DNA from: Candidatus Heimdallarchaeota archaeon
Lineage (GTDB): Archaea; Asgardarchaeota; Wukongarchaeia; Wukongarchaeales; JBHIFL01
Assembly (NCBI GenBank): GCA_046761065.1
Contig: JBHIFL010000001.1
Coordinates: forward strand, 111,026-175,025
Length of the DNA stretch: 64,000 nt
Direction: 5' to 3'
The notes under the pieces are model-generated. The model saw only the letters and a program-made list of their open reading frames with translations. It had not been told where the DNA came from and ran no database searches. Position numbers and translations under genes: made by a program. This document shows, piece by piece, positions 10,315 through 19,702 of the stretch (positions are counted from its first letter, which is position 1; every line of letters begins with the position of its first letter).

Positions 10315-11430
10315 ATGCCTAATTTCATGCTACAAGAGATCAAGGAACAGCCAGCAATCCTTCGCCACTTAACAAAGCAAAATAACACTATTATGGATAT
10401 TGCAGATCAAATTGGGACAATAAATCGGATTTATTTAACTGGTTGTGGCGATCCGTATTTTGCTGCCCTGACAAGTCGCTATTATATTGAAAAGGCGACG
10501 AAGATACCAACTATTGCCCTACCGAGTATGGATTTCCGTTGGGTACGAAATGACCTCCCCGTTCGCTCCTTAGTGGTCGCATCAAGTGTCAGTGGGAGAA
10601 CAAAACGCACGATTGAGGCCTTAAAAGCCTCCAAAGAAGCCGGAGCGATAACAGTAGGCATCACGGATAATGCTGAGAGCCCGTTAACCACTTATTGTGA
10701 TTTTGTTATAGAAACTGAGACGAGCCCTCCCGAAACCCTTAATCGACATGAATACGCAGGATATCAGTACGTAGTACCCCAAACGAAAACTTATACCGCT
10801 GTTATGTTTGTTCAAATGGCATTGGGATTCGCTCTTAATGCTGGAACTCGTGAAAAAACCCCTTTTTTCAATCACTTTTTGAAAGAAACTGCAAAGGCGA
10901 TTCAAACAGTTGTCAAACGTCTAGAAGCACCCTGCAAAGAGCTGGGAACAAGATATTCGGAGAAAAGCCAGTTTGTGATTCTCGGCTCGGGTCCTTATTT
11001 CGGACTAGCAAAATATGGAGCAGCTAAATTTCTCGAGTATGCCATTCCAAGTTATAGTCAGTGTCTTGAAGAGTTTAATCATCAAGAAATCTTTTTAGCA
11101 AATGATCGGTGGCTCATTGTTTTCATAGCACCTGATTATTTTTCGCTTCATCGCACACGAGAGCTGGCACCTTTGTACGGTAAGCTGGGAGCAAGATCCC
11201 TTACTCTCGAACCAGCACTAAACCCTTTCAGTGAAAATATAGATTTTATCATAGTTGGTACATATCCAGAAGTCATCAACCCTTTCACCTATGTAGTACC
11301 GCTCCAGCTACTAGCATTCTTCATTGTCAAAGCAAAAGAGTTAGATGTAGACGAATGGTGTGGAGGCAAACGTACAACACAAATTGTTGAGCTTAGTATA
11401 CAAACTATAAGGAATTCGGAAATCATTTAA
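10315..11430 (+). CDS. Double-SIS-domain sugar-phosphate isomerase/deaminase (GlmS/AgaS/FrlB family, no glutaminase domain)
   Basis: MLQEIKEQP, TGCGD, SVSGRT, AKFLE, EEFNH and VVPLQLLA. ATG 10315 is preferred over the ORF-track start at 10264. Confidence 0.85.
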   Translation: MPNFMLQEIKEQPAILRHLTKQNNTIMDIADQIGTINRIYLTGCGDPYFAALTSRYYIEKATKIPTIALPSMDFRWVRNDLPVRSLVVASSVSGRTKRTIEALKASKEAGAITVGITDNAESPLTTYCDFVIETETSPPETLNRHEYAGYQYVVPQTKTYTAVMFVQMALGFALNAGTREKTPFFNHFLKETAKAIQTVVKRLEAPCKELGTRYSEKSQFVILGSGPYFGLAKYGAAKFLEYAIPSYSQCLEEFNHQEIFLANDRWLIVFIAPDYFSLHRTRELAPLYGKLGARSLTLEPALNPFSENIDFIIVGTYPEVINPFTYVVPLQLLAFFIVKAKELDVDEWCGGKRTTQIVELSIQTIRNSEII

Positions 11431-11492
11431 CGGAAATAGAATACCTTGTTTGATAATAAAGGGTGTAAAAGAGAACTGAGTCGGCGAACCAA

Positions 11493-12410
11493 TTGGATCC
11501 CATCTCCGTAGCTATGTTCGAAGGGTTGTATATTTGTTGTCAGCAGAGTTCGCAAGTCAGTTTTTTTAACTCACCTTGGTTCGCACATCGTAAAGGCCTA
11601 GCCATTGATATTTATAATGGGTACTTTGGGACAGAAGCACTTTCACCGGTCAATGGAACAGTCTTCGCCATTCGACGCTTTCAATCTCCGAAGTCAAAAT
11701 ATTTCGAGAGCAGTCCTTGGGAATGGGCTATGCTCCTCAATCCTTTCGATAACGAGTCTGTTTGCTTCAAACTCCTTCATGTAGAACCGATCGTTGAAGA
11801 AGGGGAAGAAGTTAAGATTGGAACTCCAATTGGCAAATACATTCGAAATGGCTATTTTGAACCTTGGACAGGCCCACATGTTCATCTGGAGATACGTCGC
11901 AAAAAACCCTCACTAAATACAATGTATCGAGCTTCTGGAGCCTTACATTTCGAATCTCTGATCGAACCTGAAGCAGATCTTGATCCTGCACAAGAGCTGG
12001 TAGGTCAAGTACAGCAAGTAGACACCCATTTCATTTCAGTAGAGTTTGGAAGAGAAGTAAAACATAGCTGGACGGGCTTTTCAGCGAAAGTTAGATCAAA
12101 TTTATGCCTTATTGATGGAGGCTTTGTGTACTATAATGGGTTTGGGGGGATCTTGGGAAATACAAGAAAATTCTTTCTAGGAGCCCCAATTACCATTGAA
12201 TCTCGTATTATTGGTTATATTATGCGAATAATCGGTCCAAAAAGAGCCATTGCTCAGTTTTTACGGATTTGGATAAGTGTGAACAACAAACGTGTGATGG
12301 GACTCTCTCTTGGCACATCATTTGTAACAAAGCAATTGAAAATAGTAGATCGAAACCTGAATCAGCTTGACCTTAAGGAAGGCGATGAAGTAACTATTAA
12401 AATTTTATGA
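11493..12410 (+). CDS. M23-peptidase-like (duplicated hybrid fold) archaeal protein
   Basis: H...AID motif (AHRKGLAIDIY), SPVNGTV, LLHVEP...GEEVKIGTPIG and the HxH motif GPHVHLEIR; no signal peptide. Confidence 0.65.
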   Translation: MDPISVAMFEGLYICCQQSSQVSFFNSPWFAHRKGLAIDIYNGYFGTEALSPVNGTVFAIRRFQSPKSKYFESSPWEWAMLLNPFDNESVCFKLLHVEPIVEEGEEVKIGTPIGKYIRNGYFEPWTGPHVHLEIRRKKPSLNTMYRASGALHFESLIEPEADLDPAQELVGQVQQVDTHFISVEFGREVKHSWTGFSAKVRSNLCLIDGGFVYYNGFGGILGNTRKFFLGAPITIESRIIGYIMRIIGPKRAIAQFLRIWISVNNKRVMGLSLGTSFVTKQLKIVDRNLNQLDLKEGDEVTIKIL

Positions 12411-12458
12411 AGTGTTTTTTTAACCAAAACTCAACATCACAAGTGTTGGTTAAGAATA

Positions 12459-13490
12459 ATGACATCAATAGCAACCCTTGGAAGTCATTCGGCACTTCAG
12501 ATCCTTAAAGGAGCAAAAGATGAAGGGTTAAAGACAGTTCTCGTGTGTACAAATGATCGAAAGCCCTTTTATAATCGTTTCAACCTCGTGGATCATTATG
12601 TGATGGTGGATCAGTTCTCAGAGATCAGTCATAAAGAAATTCAGCAACACCTAATAGAACTCGATTCTGTGCTTGTACCTCATGGCACACTCATCTCGAA
12701 TGTGTCCTTAGATACAATTGAACAATTAGCAGTGCCTTTTTTTGGTAACAAACATATACTGCGGTGGGAAGCGGATCGAAATCTGAAACATGAGCTTATG
12801 AAATTGGCGGGAATGAAGGTCCCCCAAATTTTTCAGACACCAGAAGAGATAGATCGCCCAGTAATCGTCAAATTCCCCGGAGCCGAGGGGGGACGGGGAT
12901 ATTTCCTCGCTAAAGACTCCAAAGATTTCTCTAAAAAAATTCAAACCATGATAACCCGGAATTTAGTGAATAAACCCGCTTTAAAAGATGTTTTTATTCA
13001 AGAATACGTTTTTGGCATCGCCGCATATCCACATTTTTTCTATTCCCCTCTTTTAGGTCGTACCGAACTTCTGGGAATAGATCGTAGGTATGAAAGCGAT
13101 GTGGATGGGCTTGGGCGTATTCCTGCCGAGCAACAACTAGAGATGACGCCACTTCCAACTTACAGTGTGATTGGGAACATCCCTCTTGTACTGCGAGAAT
13201 CCCTAGTTCAACATTTATTTGAAATTGGTGAGAGTTTCGTGGAGGCTGCCCGTCAAAAGGTACCTCCCGGAATGATAGGAGCATTCTGCATTGAGGGAGT
13301 TTATAACCAGAAAAATCAATTTATCCCCTTTGAATTTAGTGCACGAATTGTAGCTGGGACTAATCTATTTATCGATGGCAGCCCCTACTCCCAGTTGTAC
13401 TTTAATGAACCGATGAGCATGGGAAAACGCATTGCACGAGAAATAAAAATAGCTGCCGAGCAGAAAGTACTCGATCAAATAATTACCTAG
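12459..13490 (+). CDS. purP: Formate--phosphoribosylaminoimidazolecarboxamide ligase PurP
   Basis: IATLGSHSALQILKGAKDEG, ATP-grasp VKFPGAEGGRGYF, DRRYES and FEFSARIVAGTN. Confidence 0.93.
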   Translation: MTSIATLGSHSALQILKGAKDEGLKTVLVCTNDRKPFYNRFNLVDHYVMVDQFSEISHKEIQQHLIELDSVLVPHGTLISNVSLDTIEQLAVPFFGNKHILRWEADRNLKHELMKLAGMKVPQIFQTPEEIDRPVIVKFPGAEGGRGYFLAKDSKDFSKKIQTMITRNLVNKPALKDVFIQEYVFGIAAYPHFFYSPLLGRTELLGIDRRYESDVDGLGRIPAEQQLEMTPLPTYSVIGNIPLVLRESLVQHLFEIGESFVEAARQKVPPGMIGAFCIEGVYNQKNQFIPFEFSARIVAGTNLFIDGSPYSQLYFNEPMSMGKRIAREIKIAAEQKVLDQIIT

Positions 13491-14600
13491 GTGAGAGTGA
13501 TGATAGATCACGATGAAATTGAGACCACACTCGACGATTATAACGTAGCGGAAATCCATATCGGCTGTCTGGGTAGTCATTCCGCTCTGGAAATTGCTTA
13601 TGGAGCCCATGCAATTGGGTTGAAAACCGTGGTGGTGTGTCAACGGGGCCGTGAGAAGACGTATACGCGTTATTTTTCGAATCTTTTTGATGAAATACTC
13701 GTGTTGGAGAAGTTCACTGAGATTTGTAATCCTGAAATAATTGATCAGCTCCAAGAATTGAACACGATTTTTGTCCCAAACCGCTCCTTTTCTGTGTATG
13801 TTGGATATGACAATATTGAGAAGCAATTTCTTATTCCTCTCTTTGGAACGCGGAGTCTTTTACGCGCTGAAGAACGTGATACCCCAAAAGGTCAGTATTA
13901 CCTCCTCAAAAAAGCCGGCTTAAGGTATCCAAAACTATTCACCTCACCGGATGATATTGATCGGCTAGTCATGGTCAAACTGCCGCACGCCAAAAGACGT
14001 GTTGAACGTGGATTTTTTACTGTGGCATCTCCGGAAGAATTTGATAGCAAGTCCAAAGATCTCTTGGCCGAAGGAATCATTAAAGAAGAGGATCTACGTA
14101 AGGCTCGCATTGAGGAGTTCGTTATTGGGGCACTTTTCAATTTGGATTATTTTTATGGGCCGACAACGGGAGAAGTGGAGTTTCTAGGTGCAGAACAACG
14201 GATTGAATCGGATATTGAGGGTTTTTTGCATATGACCGCAGCGGAACAAATGGCAATTTCTATGACGCCACACATTATTCCGGTTGGCCATCGAGGAGTG
14301 ACTGTACGGGAATCCCTATTAGAAAAGGTCTTCGTCCTCGGGGAAAAATTCCGTGTCACAACGGAAAAAGAGCATCCTCCCGGGATAATTGGCCCATTTG
14401 CCCTTCAAGGGGTTTTTGATAAAGATACCGAATTCTGGACATTTGATGTGTCCCTTCGGGTCCCAGGGGCGCCAATCCTACTAACGACTAGCCCCTATAC
14501 GCTCTACAAGCATGGGACGCAGCTCAGTGTGGGTCGGAGGATTGCCATGGAGATTCATACCGCAATAGCACAGAACAAATTAATAAGGTGCTTAACCTAG
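13491..14600 (+). CDS. PurP-like ATP-grasp paralog
   Basis: GSHSALEI, VPNRSF, ERGFF, GPFALQG, FDVSLRVPG and GRRIAMEI. It starts directly after the purP stop (start may be ATG 13500). Confidence 0.9.
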   Translation: MRVMIDHDEIETTLDDYNVAEIHIGCLGSHSALEIAYGAHAIGLKTVVVCQRGREKTYTRYFSNLFDEILVLEKFTEICNPEIIDQLQELNTIFVPNRSFSVYVGYDNIEKQFLIPLFGTRSLLRAEERDTPKGQYYLLKKAGLRYPKLFTSPDDIDRLVMVKLPHAKRRVERGFFTVASPEEFDSKSKDLLAEGIIKEEDLRKARIEEFVIGALFNLDYFYGPTTGEVEFLGAEQRIESDIEGFLHMTAAEQMAISMTPHIIPVGHRGVTVRESLLEKVFVLGEKFRVTTEKEHPPGIIGPFALQGVFDKDTEFWTFDVSLRVPGAPILLTTSPYTLYKHGTQLSVGRRIAMEIHTAIAQNKLIRCLT

Positions 14601-14692
14601 TGGGGGAGACCAAAACTGAAAAATCTTGTCACTGAGTGGGATACTCTACGGATAACCTATCCGTAACAAGAAACTTATGTGAGGATCTAAAG

Positions 14693-15472
14693 ATGCAAGG
14701 GTTTTCTGACAATATAGCAAAAGTGGCCGAAGATAATCGATCCCCGCTGGTTTTTGCGCTCGACCCATCGGCCCGATTCGCTGGGAATTTTAATCGAAAA
14801 ACGGCGATCCAAGCCAATCTTCTCAAAAAAAGCTTAGATCTAATTGAAGAAACAAGTGATCTTCTCGCCGCTGTGAAAATCAATAGACACCTCATCCTGC
14901 CCTTAGGGCTCTATGGGGGGATCCTAGAGATCCTTGATCGAGTGAAGGAGGCGGGTCTCCCAAGTATTGCGGACGCGAAGATCAATGACATAGGTAACAC
15001 TAATCGGTGGATTGTAACCCACTATTTGGATGCAGGGTTTGATGCGGTCATTGCTAACCCATTCGTAGGGTGGAAAGGAGGTTTGGATGCCGTTTTTGAA
15101 GAAGCCAATGAGCGGGACAAAGGCGTCATCCTGCTTGTTTACATGTCTCATCCCGCCGCGCCTGAAGGGTACGGAAGAATGACTCTAGATGACCAGGGGA
15201 AACGGCTCTTCTATATGGTCTTTGCAGAAAAAGCCCTTGAATGGGGCGCTTCCGGAGTCGTTGTTGGAGCTACCCATCTTGCAATCTTAGAAGAGATTCA
15301 TAAAACCCTTGGAGAGAAAATCCCTATTTTCGCGCCAGGAGTAGGCGTTCAAGGCGGAGATCCCCGGCTAGCCCAAGAAGCAGGAGCTAAATACTTCATA
15401 GTTGGTCGGACTATCTTCGAATCGGCTAAACCCCGGGAAACAATAAAGCAAATTCTTACATCGCTGAGATGA
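14693..15472 (+). CDS. pyrF: Orotidine-5'-phosphate decarboxylase
   Basis: ALD, AVK, DAKINDIGNT (DxKxxD), GVVVGAT, PGVGVQGG and IVGRTI. ATG 14693 is preferred over the ORF-track start at 14636. Confidence 0.93.
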   Translation: MQGFSDNIAKVAEDNRSPLVFALDPSARFAGNFNRKTAIQANLLKKSLDLIEETSDLLAAVKINRHLILPLGLYGGILEILDRVKEAGLPSIADAKINDIGNTNRWIVTHYLDAGFDAVIANPFVGWKGGLDAVFEEANERDKGVILLVYMSHPAAPEGYGRMTLDDQGKRLFYMVFAEKALEWGASGVVVGATHLAILEEIHKTLGEKIPIFAPGVGVQGGDPRLAQEAGAKYFIVGRTIFESAKPRETIKQILTSLR

Positions 15473-15498
15473 TGCCTAATTTCACTTTGGGGAATTTG

Positions 15499-16515
15499 TC
15501 AAAAAAAACCATGGGAATTATCTGTTAAGTGATTATTTTTTAGTTGCCAGATTTCAATAAACTTCTCCTTTTTGTGTTTTTTTTCGACAAGCGAGACTGT
15601 TCCTTCCCGTTCTAACTTTCTCAAGTGTACGTGCGCGGTGTGTGCGTCGATTAGAGAACGATAAGGCTCTCCCCAGTCAATGTTGAGGGATGTGTCAATG
15701 TGCTGCTGAACAGTTTCAGTGGAGGCAGCCCCTTCAAGCAGCGCATCTAGAACGATTTCTTCCACATGGTGTTGCGATTCCAATGCCAAGCGGATCATAT
15801 CCTTGAAATCGCTTCCCACAAAAGCGGCATCATGACTCGGACAAAAAAGATCAATTTTTGCTTTCAATAGGAGTTGAAGCGCTTGTTCTCTTTTTTTCAA
15901 ATCCCCTGTGGCATCAAAATAATAGCTATAGGGATTCTCCGGATAGATTTGCACTTCATCTCCCGCAAACATCGCTTGATCCTCTAAACAATAGAAGAAC
16001 ATATGCGCAGCTGAATGGCCACCTGTCGACCGTAGGAGGACTGTCTTTCCCCCTAAATCAAATTTCTCATCCCCTCTGACTACATGCAAGGATTTTTCGT
16101 CTACCCCTTTCATTTTTGAAAACACATCTGTCCCTAGGGCTAACTTCACCCGTTGCATTTTACCAAGCATGAAATTGCGATCCAAGAGGGATTTCACAGG
16201 ATCGAGAAGTGCTTCGCGGCCTTCTTCATGAATGACGAATTTCGCATTGGGAAACTCATTAGCAAAATCCTGACATCCTCCGATATGATCAGGGTGTTCA
16301 TGCGTGAGAAAAATGTAATCTACATTGTTAGCATTATACCCATAACTCTTGAGGACTTTATGAACCTGAGTAGCGAAGCGGCCGGAGGGCAATCCTGTAT
16401 CAATGATCCCAACTTTATCCCCAACAACGATATAAGTCCCGATAATCTCGCCTCTTGGCCCATAATGGTCAATGATTCGATAAATTCCCGGCACAATTTC
16501 ACTTGTTATGGACAT
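15499..16515 (-). CDS. MBL-fold metallohydrolase with C-terminal winged helix
   Basis: IIDTG, THEHPDHIGG (HxHxDH), GGHS, AGD and PSH; C-terminal AHVHLRKLEREGTV. Confidence 0.9.
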   Translation of the reverse strand: MSITSEIVPGIYRIIDHYGPRGEIIGTYIVVGDKVGIIDTGLPSGRFATQVHKVLKSYGYNANNVDYIFLTHEHPDHIGGCQDFANEFPNAKFVIHEEGREALLDPVKSLLDRNFMLGKMQRVKLALGTDVFSKMKGVDEKSLHVVRGDEKFDLGGKTVLLRSTGGHSAAHMFFYCLEDQAMFAGDEVQIYPENPYSYYFDATGDLKKREQALQLLLKAKIDLFCPSHDAAFVGSDFKDMIRLALESQHHVEEIVLDALLEGAASTETVQQHIDTSLNIDWGEPYRSLIDAHTAHVHLRKLEREGTVSLVEKKHKKEKFIEIWQLKNNHLTDNSHGFF

Positions 16516-16853
16516 ATGATCACTCCATCACTTTGTTCATTAATTCACAGATACTTCAGTTCTTAGCCAGTTCGATTTTTCAAATGTACAAAATCATTAA
16601 TCCTCACAATTGATCTTAAAGTGTTTACTGCTCATACGGCTTATTCTTCGTGAACATTATTGGAACAACTGATAAGTCTATGCTCACATTGCTCTTCAAT
16701 ATTGTTCTAGAGATTTAATCTCATCCTTGAAATATTATAATAAAGAGATTTCGGATTTTCCCACGCCATACCCATTGTAAGTGGGAAAAATTAATTATTT
16801 AACATAAAGATGGGTTTTTTCCTTTTTTTCAATAAAATTGATACGTCATCAAT

Positions 16854-17024
16854 CTATTTATTCTTACTTTGAAAATGAATGGCGATGCTAGCCTTTTCTG
16901 GGCCCATATTTTTCAGATATTTAGTTTCATGCCCGTATTTCTTTCGTTGAATGTGAAACACTAGCGGTTCATCGTTATTTATATAATTTTCCAGTATTGA
17001 TCTTATTTCGTGGAATTGCAGCAT
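16854..17024 (-). CDS. Possible 56-aa small protein (below the ORF-track cutoff)
   Basis: Manual translation gives MLQFHEIRSILENYINNDEPLVFHIQRKKYGHETKYLKNMGPEKASIAIHFQSKNK*, with AAAGGG immediately before the ATG. No recognisable family. Confidence 0.25.
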   Translation of the reverse strand: MLQFHEIRSILENYINNDEPLVFHIQRKKYGHETKYLKNMGPEKASIAIHFQSKNK

Positions 17025-17976
17025 CCCTTTATAGAAGTTATTTTCAATGGTTACCGGTTCGATTTTTCAATCCACTTCCTGAAAAAGGAAGAATTGGATG
17101 GAGTTTATTCTTTAAGCGGTTCTAATTTGATATGACTAGTTGAAACTTACGAACAAGCTCTTTGTGCTGGTTATGTATACTGTGATTTCTGTTACATGTG
17201 CCATCACAACGATTTTCCCGTTGGATCCGATTGCTCATCTTTAATGGTGCTTGTAAAGTAGCTGGCTATGGCTGCTAGCCATGTCGGATAATTCATGCCA
17301 GTTAAGCTTTATTTTTAGCCATTATGAGAATTTCTTCTATAATATATTTTCAAAAACTTATCAAGAATGTTATATAGGTCTTGAAGTCGTCCCAAGCCTT
17401 ATATCCGCTTAAAATTTGGGATAGAAGTGTCTATATATTTACAGCTCAATTATTTTTTCTGTTAATAAATTTGTTTCTCAACAATTCTGAATTTTTAGTA
17501 AGATATTATTTTACAGATTAAAATGAGAATTTATTCCCTTAACCATAGTTGCATCATTCATTTAAGTTCTACTACATAGTGGGTAAAAAGCCGTGGAAAA
17601 CTCAAATATAATGGTTCAATAAGAATTACTATTCTCCAAAAGAACTGCTTTACTTCTTGAAGATGAGTAATTGAAAGTGGATTCCTATCGAATGGCAGTC
17701 TATCTAATTATTTATGAAGGTTGTGGGGGTAGGAAAGTTTAAATAATTTAACAGTTCAACTTTTTGTTCAGTTAAAAAAAAATTGATCTTCACACAGTTT
17801 TAAAGATCAGATGGAGGAATTCCTGCCCCTTAGAAGGGAGCACTAATCCCCCATTTTCCATTACCATCTTGTACATCCGTGGAGATGGTTCTTGGGTTCA
17901 TGAAAAGATCCATGCAGGACTCTAATACAGAACTGCGCCAAGAGATCTTTTTGCTTCCTTCTGTGGTGGTGATCTG

Positions 17977-18768
17977 ATGATTGATGCAGTAATTCTTGCG
18001 GCTGGATATGGATCCCGATTGAGCACGCATATTAACACCTTACCCAAACCGCTCGCTCCACTGCATGGAACTCCCTTAATTGAATGGGTTTTGAATTCGC
18101 TCGAGAATATGACCTACTCAATTCGACATGTTGTTGTGGTCACGGGACACCGCTGTAAAGTACTGATCGCGCATTTAATGGCAATTCAAGCAAATTATGA
18201 GTTTAAAATTGTTCCTGCGATCAGTCACCAGTTCTGGAAAGGAAATGGTTCCTCTTTATGCGCCGCTGAGAAATATATCGGAAAAGACCCTTTTTTACTC
18301 CTAATGGGGGATCACATCGTAGAACCAGCTATCATTAAAGCAGCGCTTTGTTCTAGGAATAAGGCTTATGCAGATGTGGCTTTATGCACCGATAGATCGC
18401 CTTTCTTTTCCAACCGAGAGCATGATCGGCCGACAAAAGTGCTCTTAGATGACAATTCACAAATGATCGATATTGGCAAACGAATCCCAATATGGAACTG
18501 CATCGATACGGGGGTCTTCCTTATGACCCGCAACATCTTTAACGCCCTCCATTCTCTCAATATGGAAAAATTAACAATCACAGAAGGAGTTAAACATTTA
18601 ATCCGCACGAATTACCCAGTCATTGGAGTGGACGTTTCTGGGATGTTCTGGTCAGATGTTGACACGTATCAAGACTTAATTCGTACTGAAGAGGCTCTTC
18701 AGGAAGCGTTCTGGGGGGGCTCCCAGTCCAGCTATCGAGAGGAGGAAGTTGTACTAGGGGAGGAATAA
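17977..18768 (+). CDS. NTP transferase, CTP:inositol-1-phosphate cytidylyltransferase (IPCT)-like
   Basis: AVILAAGYGSRL, PKPL, KGNGSSL, FLLLMGDHI, IDTGVF and WSDVDT; the adjacent CDP-alcohol phosphotransferase supports the call. Confidence 0.8.
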   Translation: MIDAVILAAGYGSRLSTHINTLPKPLAPLHGTPLIEWVLNSLENMTYSIRHVVVVTGHRCKVLIAHLMAIQANYEFKIVPAISHQFWKGNGSSLCAAEKYIGKDPFLLLMGDHIVEPAIIKAALCSRNKAYADVALCTDRSPFFSNREHDRPTKVLLDDNSQMIDIGKRIPIWNCIDTGVFLMTRNIFNALHSLNMEKLTITEGVKHLIRTNYPVIGVDVSGMFWSDVDTYQDLIRTEEALQEAFWGGSQSSYREEEVVLGEE

Positions 18769-18776
18769 ACCCCATA

Positions 18777-18890
18777 ATGGACGCCCTTATATTAGATATT
18801 GTGTATACCATCGCGATCAGTGCCATCTTTGTGTTGGGTGGGGTGCACATTCTGTACACGGCTCTGGTAACAGAAGAAGAACAAACATAA
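18777..18890 (+). CDS. 37-aa single-TM small protein (not in the ORF track)
   Basis: MDALILDIVYTIAISAIFVLGGVHILYTALVTEEEQT*. A GGAGG site lies about 12 nt upstream and the ATG is 8 nt after the IPCT-like stop. Confidence 0.55.
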   Translation: MDALILDIVYTIAISAIFVLGGVHILYTALVTEEEQT

Positions 18891-19003
18891 GAAGTGCTTA
18901 GAGAAGGATACGAGGAAGGATTACCGGAATTAAATGGTTCATTAGTTTGATGCCACGTAAAAAGTTAAGTAAACTGTAAGTCCAGAGGAGGTTTGAATAT
19001 TTC

Positions 19004-19702
19004 ATGGGATCCCCAACGCCAACGAGAAAAGAAGGAGATGGGTTCGTCTCCCGTTATCTAAATAGACGACTCTCTTTTCCGATCACTCGTGTCCTTTTAC
19101 GGGTTGCCCCAAATATTTCCCCGAATACGGTTTCATTCGTCAGCTTTATTATAGGGATTGTCGGAGCGTTGCTATTTAGCATGGAAATTGGGGTCCTTGG
19201 AGGAATTGCAGTTCAGCTTTCAAGCGTCCTCGATGGTTGTGACGGCGAAATTGCCCGAATTAAGGGTAGATCCTCTCGGTTTGGTGCGTTTTTTGATTCC
19301 ATCTTGGACCGTTATGTTGATAGTCTTGTTATTATGGGACTTGTCGTCTATTGTTTTAAATCACTCAATGGGCATCGCATTTTTGATCTTGTTCGAATAA
19401 ATGAATTGTTAATTTTGGTGGTCAGCGTTTTTACGTTGATAGGAACCTTTCAGGTGAGCTACTCCGCAGCAAAAGGGCAAGTCAATTTCGCCCGAGACTT
19501 TTCACGGACTTTACAAGGAAGAGATTTCCGTCTTTTTGTTATTTTCCTAAGTGGTCTTGTTAGCCCTCTGGACGCGAGTTTTATTTTCTTAGTCCTGTTA
19601 ATCCTTGCGGCGTTAACGAACGTTTCAGTGGTTTGGAGGATGGTAGTGGCTTCCGATTGGGAAAAACAAACCCGAGAAACAAGGAGGAAGAAAATCAAGT
19701 GA
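19004..19702 (+). CDS. CDP-alcohol phosphotransferase, di-myo-inositol-phosphate-phosphate synthase (DIPPS)-like
   Basis: Signature LDGCDGEIAR...G...DSILDR; N-terminal KEGDGFVSRYLNRRLS as in DIPPS; GRDFRLF. Confidence 0.8.
   Translation: MGSPTPTRKEGDGFVSRYLNRRLSFPITRVLLRVAPNISPNTVSFVSFIIGIVGALLFSMEIGVLGGIAVQLSSVLDGCDGEIARIKGRSSRFGAFFDSILDRYVDSLVIMGLVVYCFKSLNGHRIFDLVRINELLILVVSVFTLIGTFQVSYSAAKGQVNFARDFSRTLQGRDFRLFVIFLSGLVSPLDASFIFLVLLILAALTNVSVVWRMVVASDWEKQTRETRRKKIK

Noticed and set aside
12459-14600. Tandem purP paralogs as a novelty
   Set aside because: Two PurP-family paralogs are common in archaea.
17885-17977. 30-aa ORF overlapping the IPCT-like start (TGATG)
   Set aside because: It has no motif, and the overlap is explained by the GGTGA ribosome-binding site of the downstream gene.
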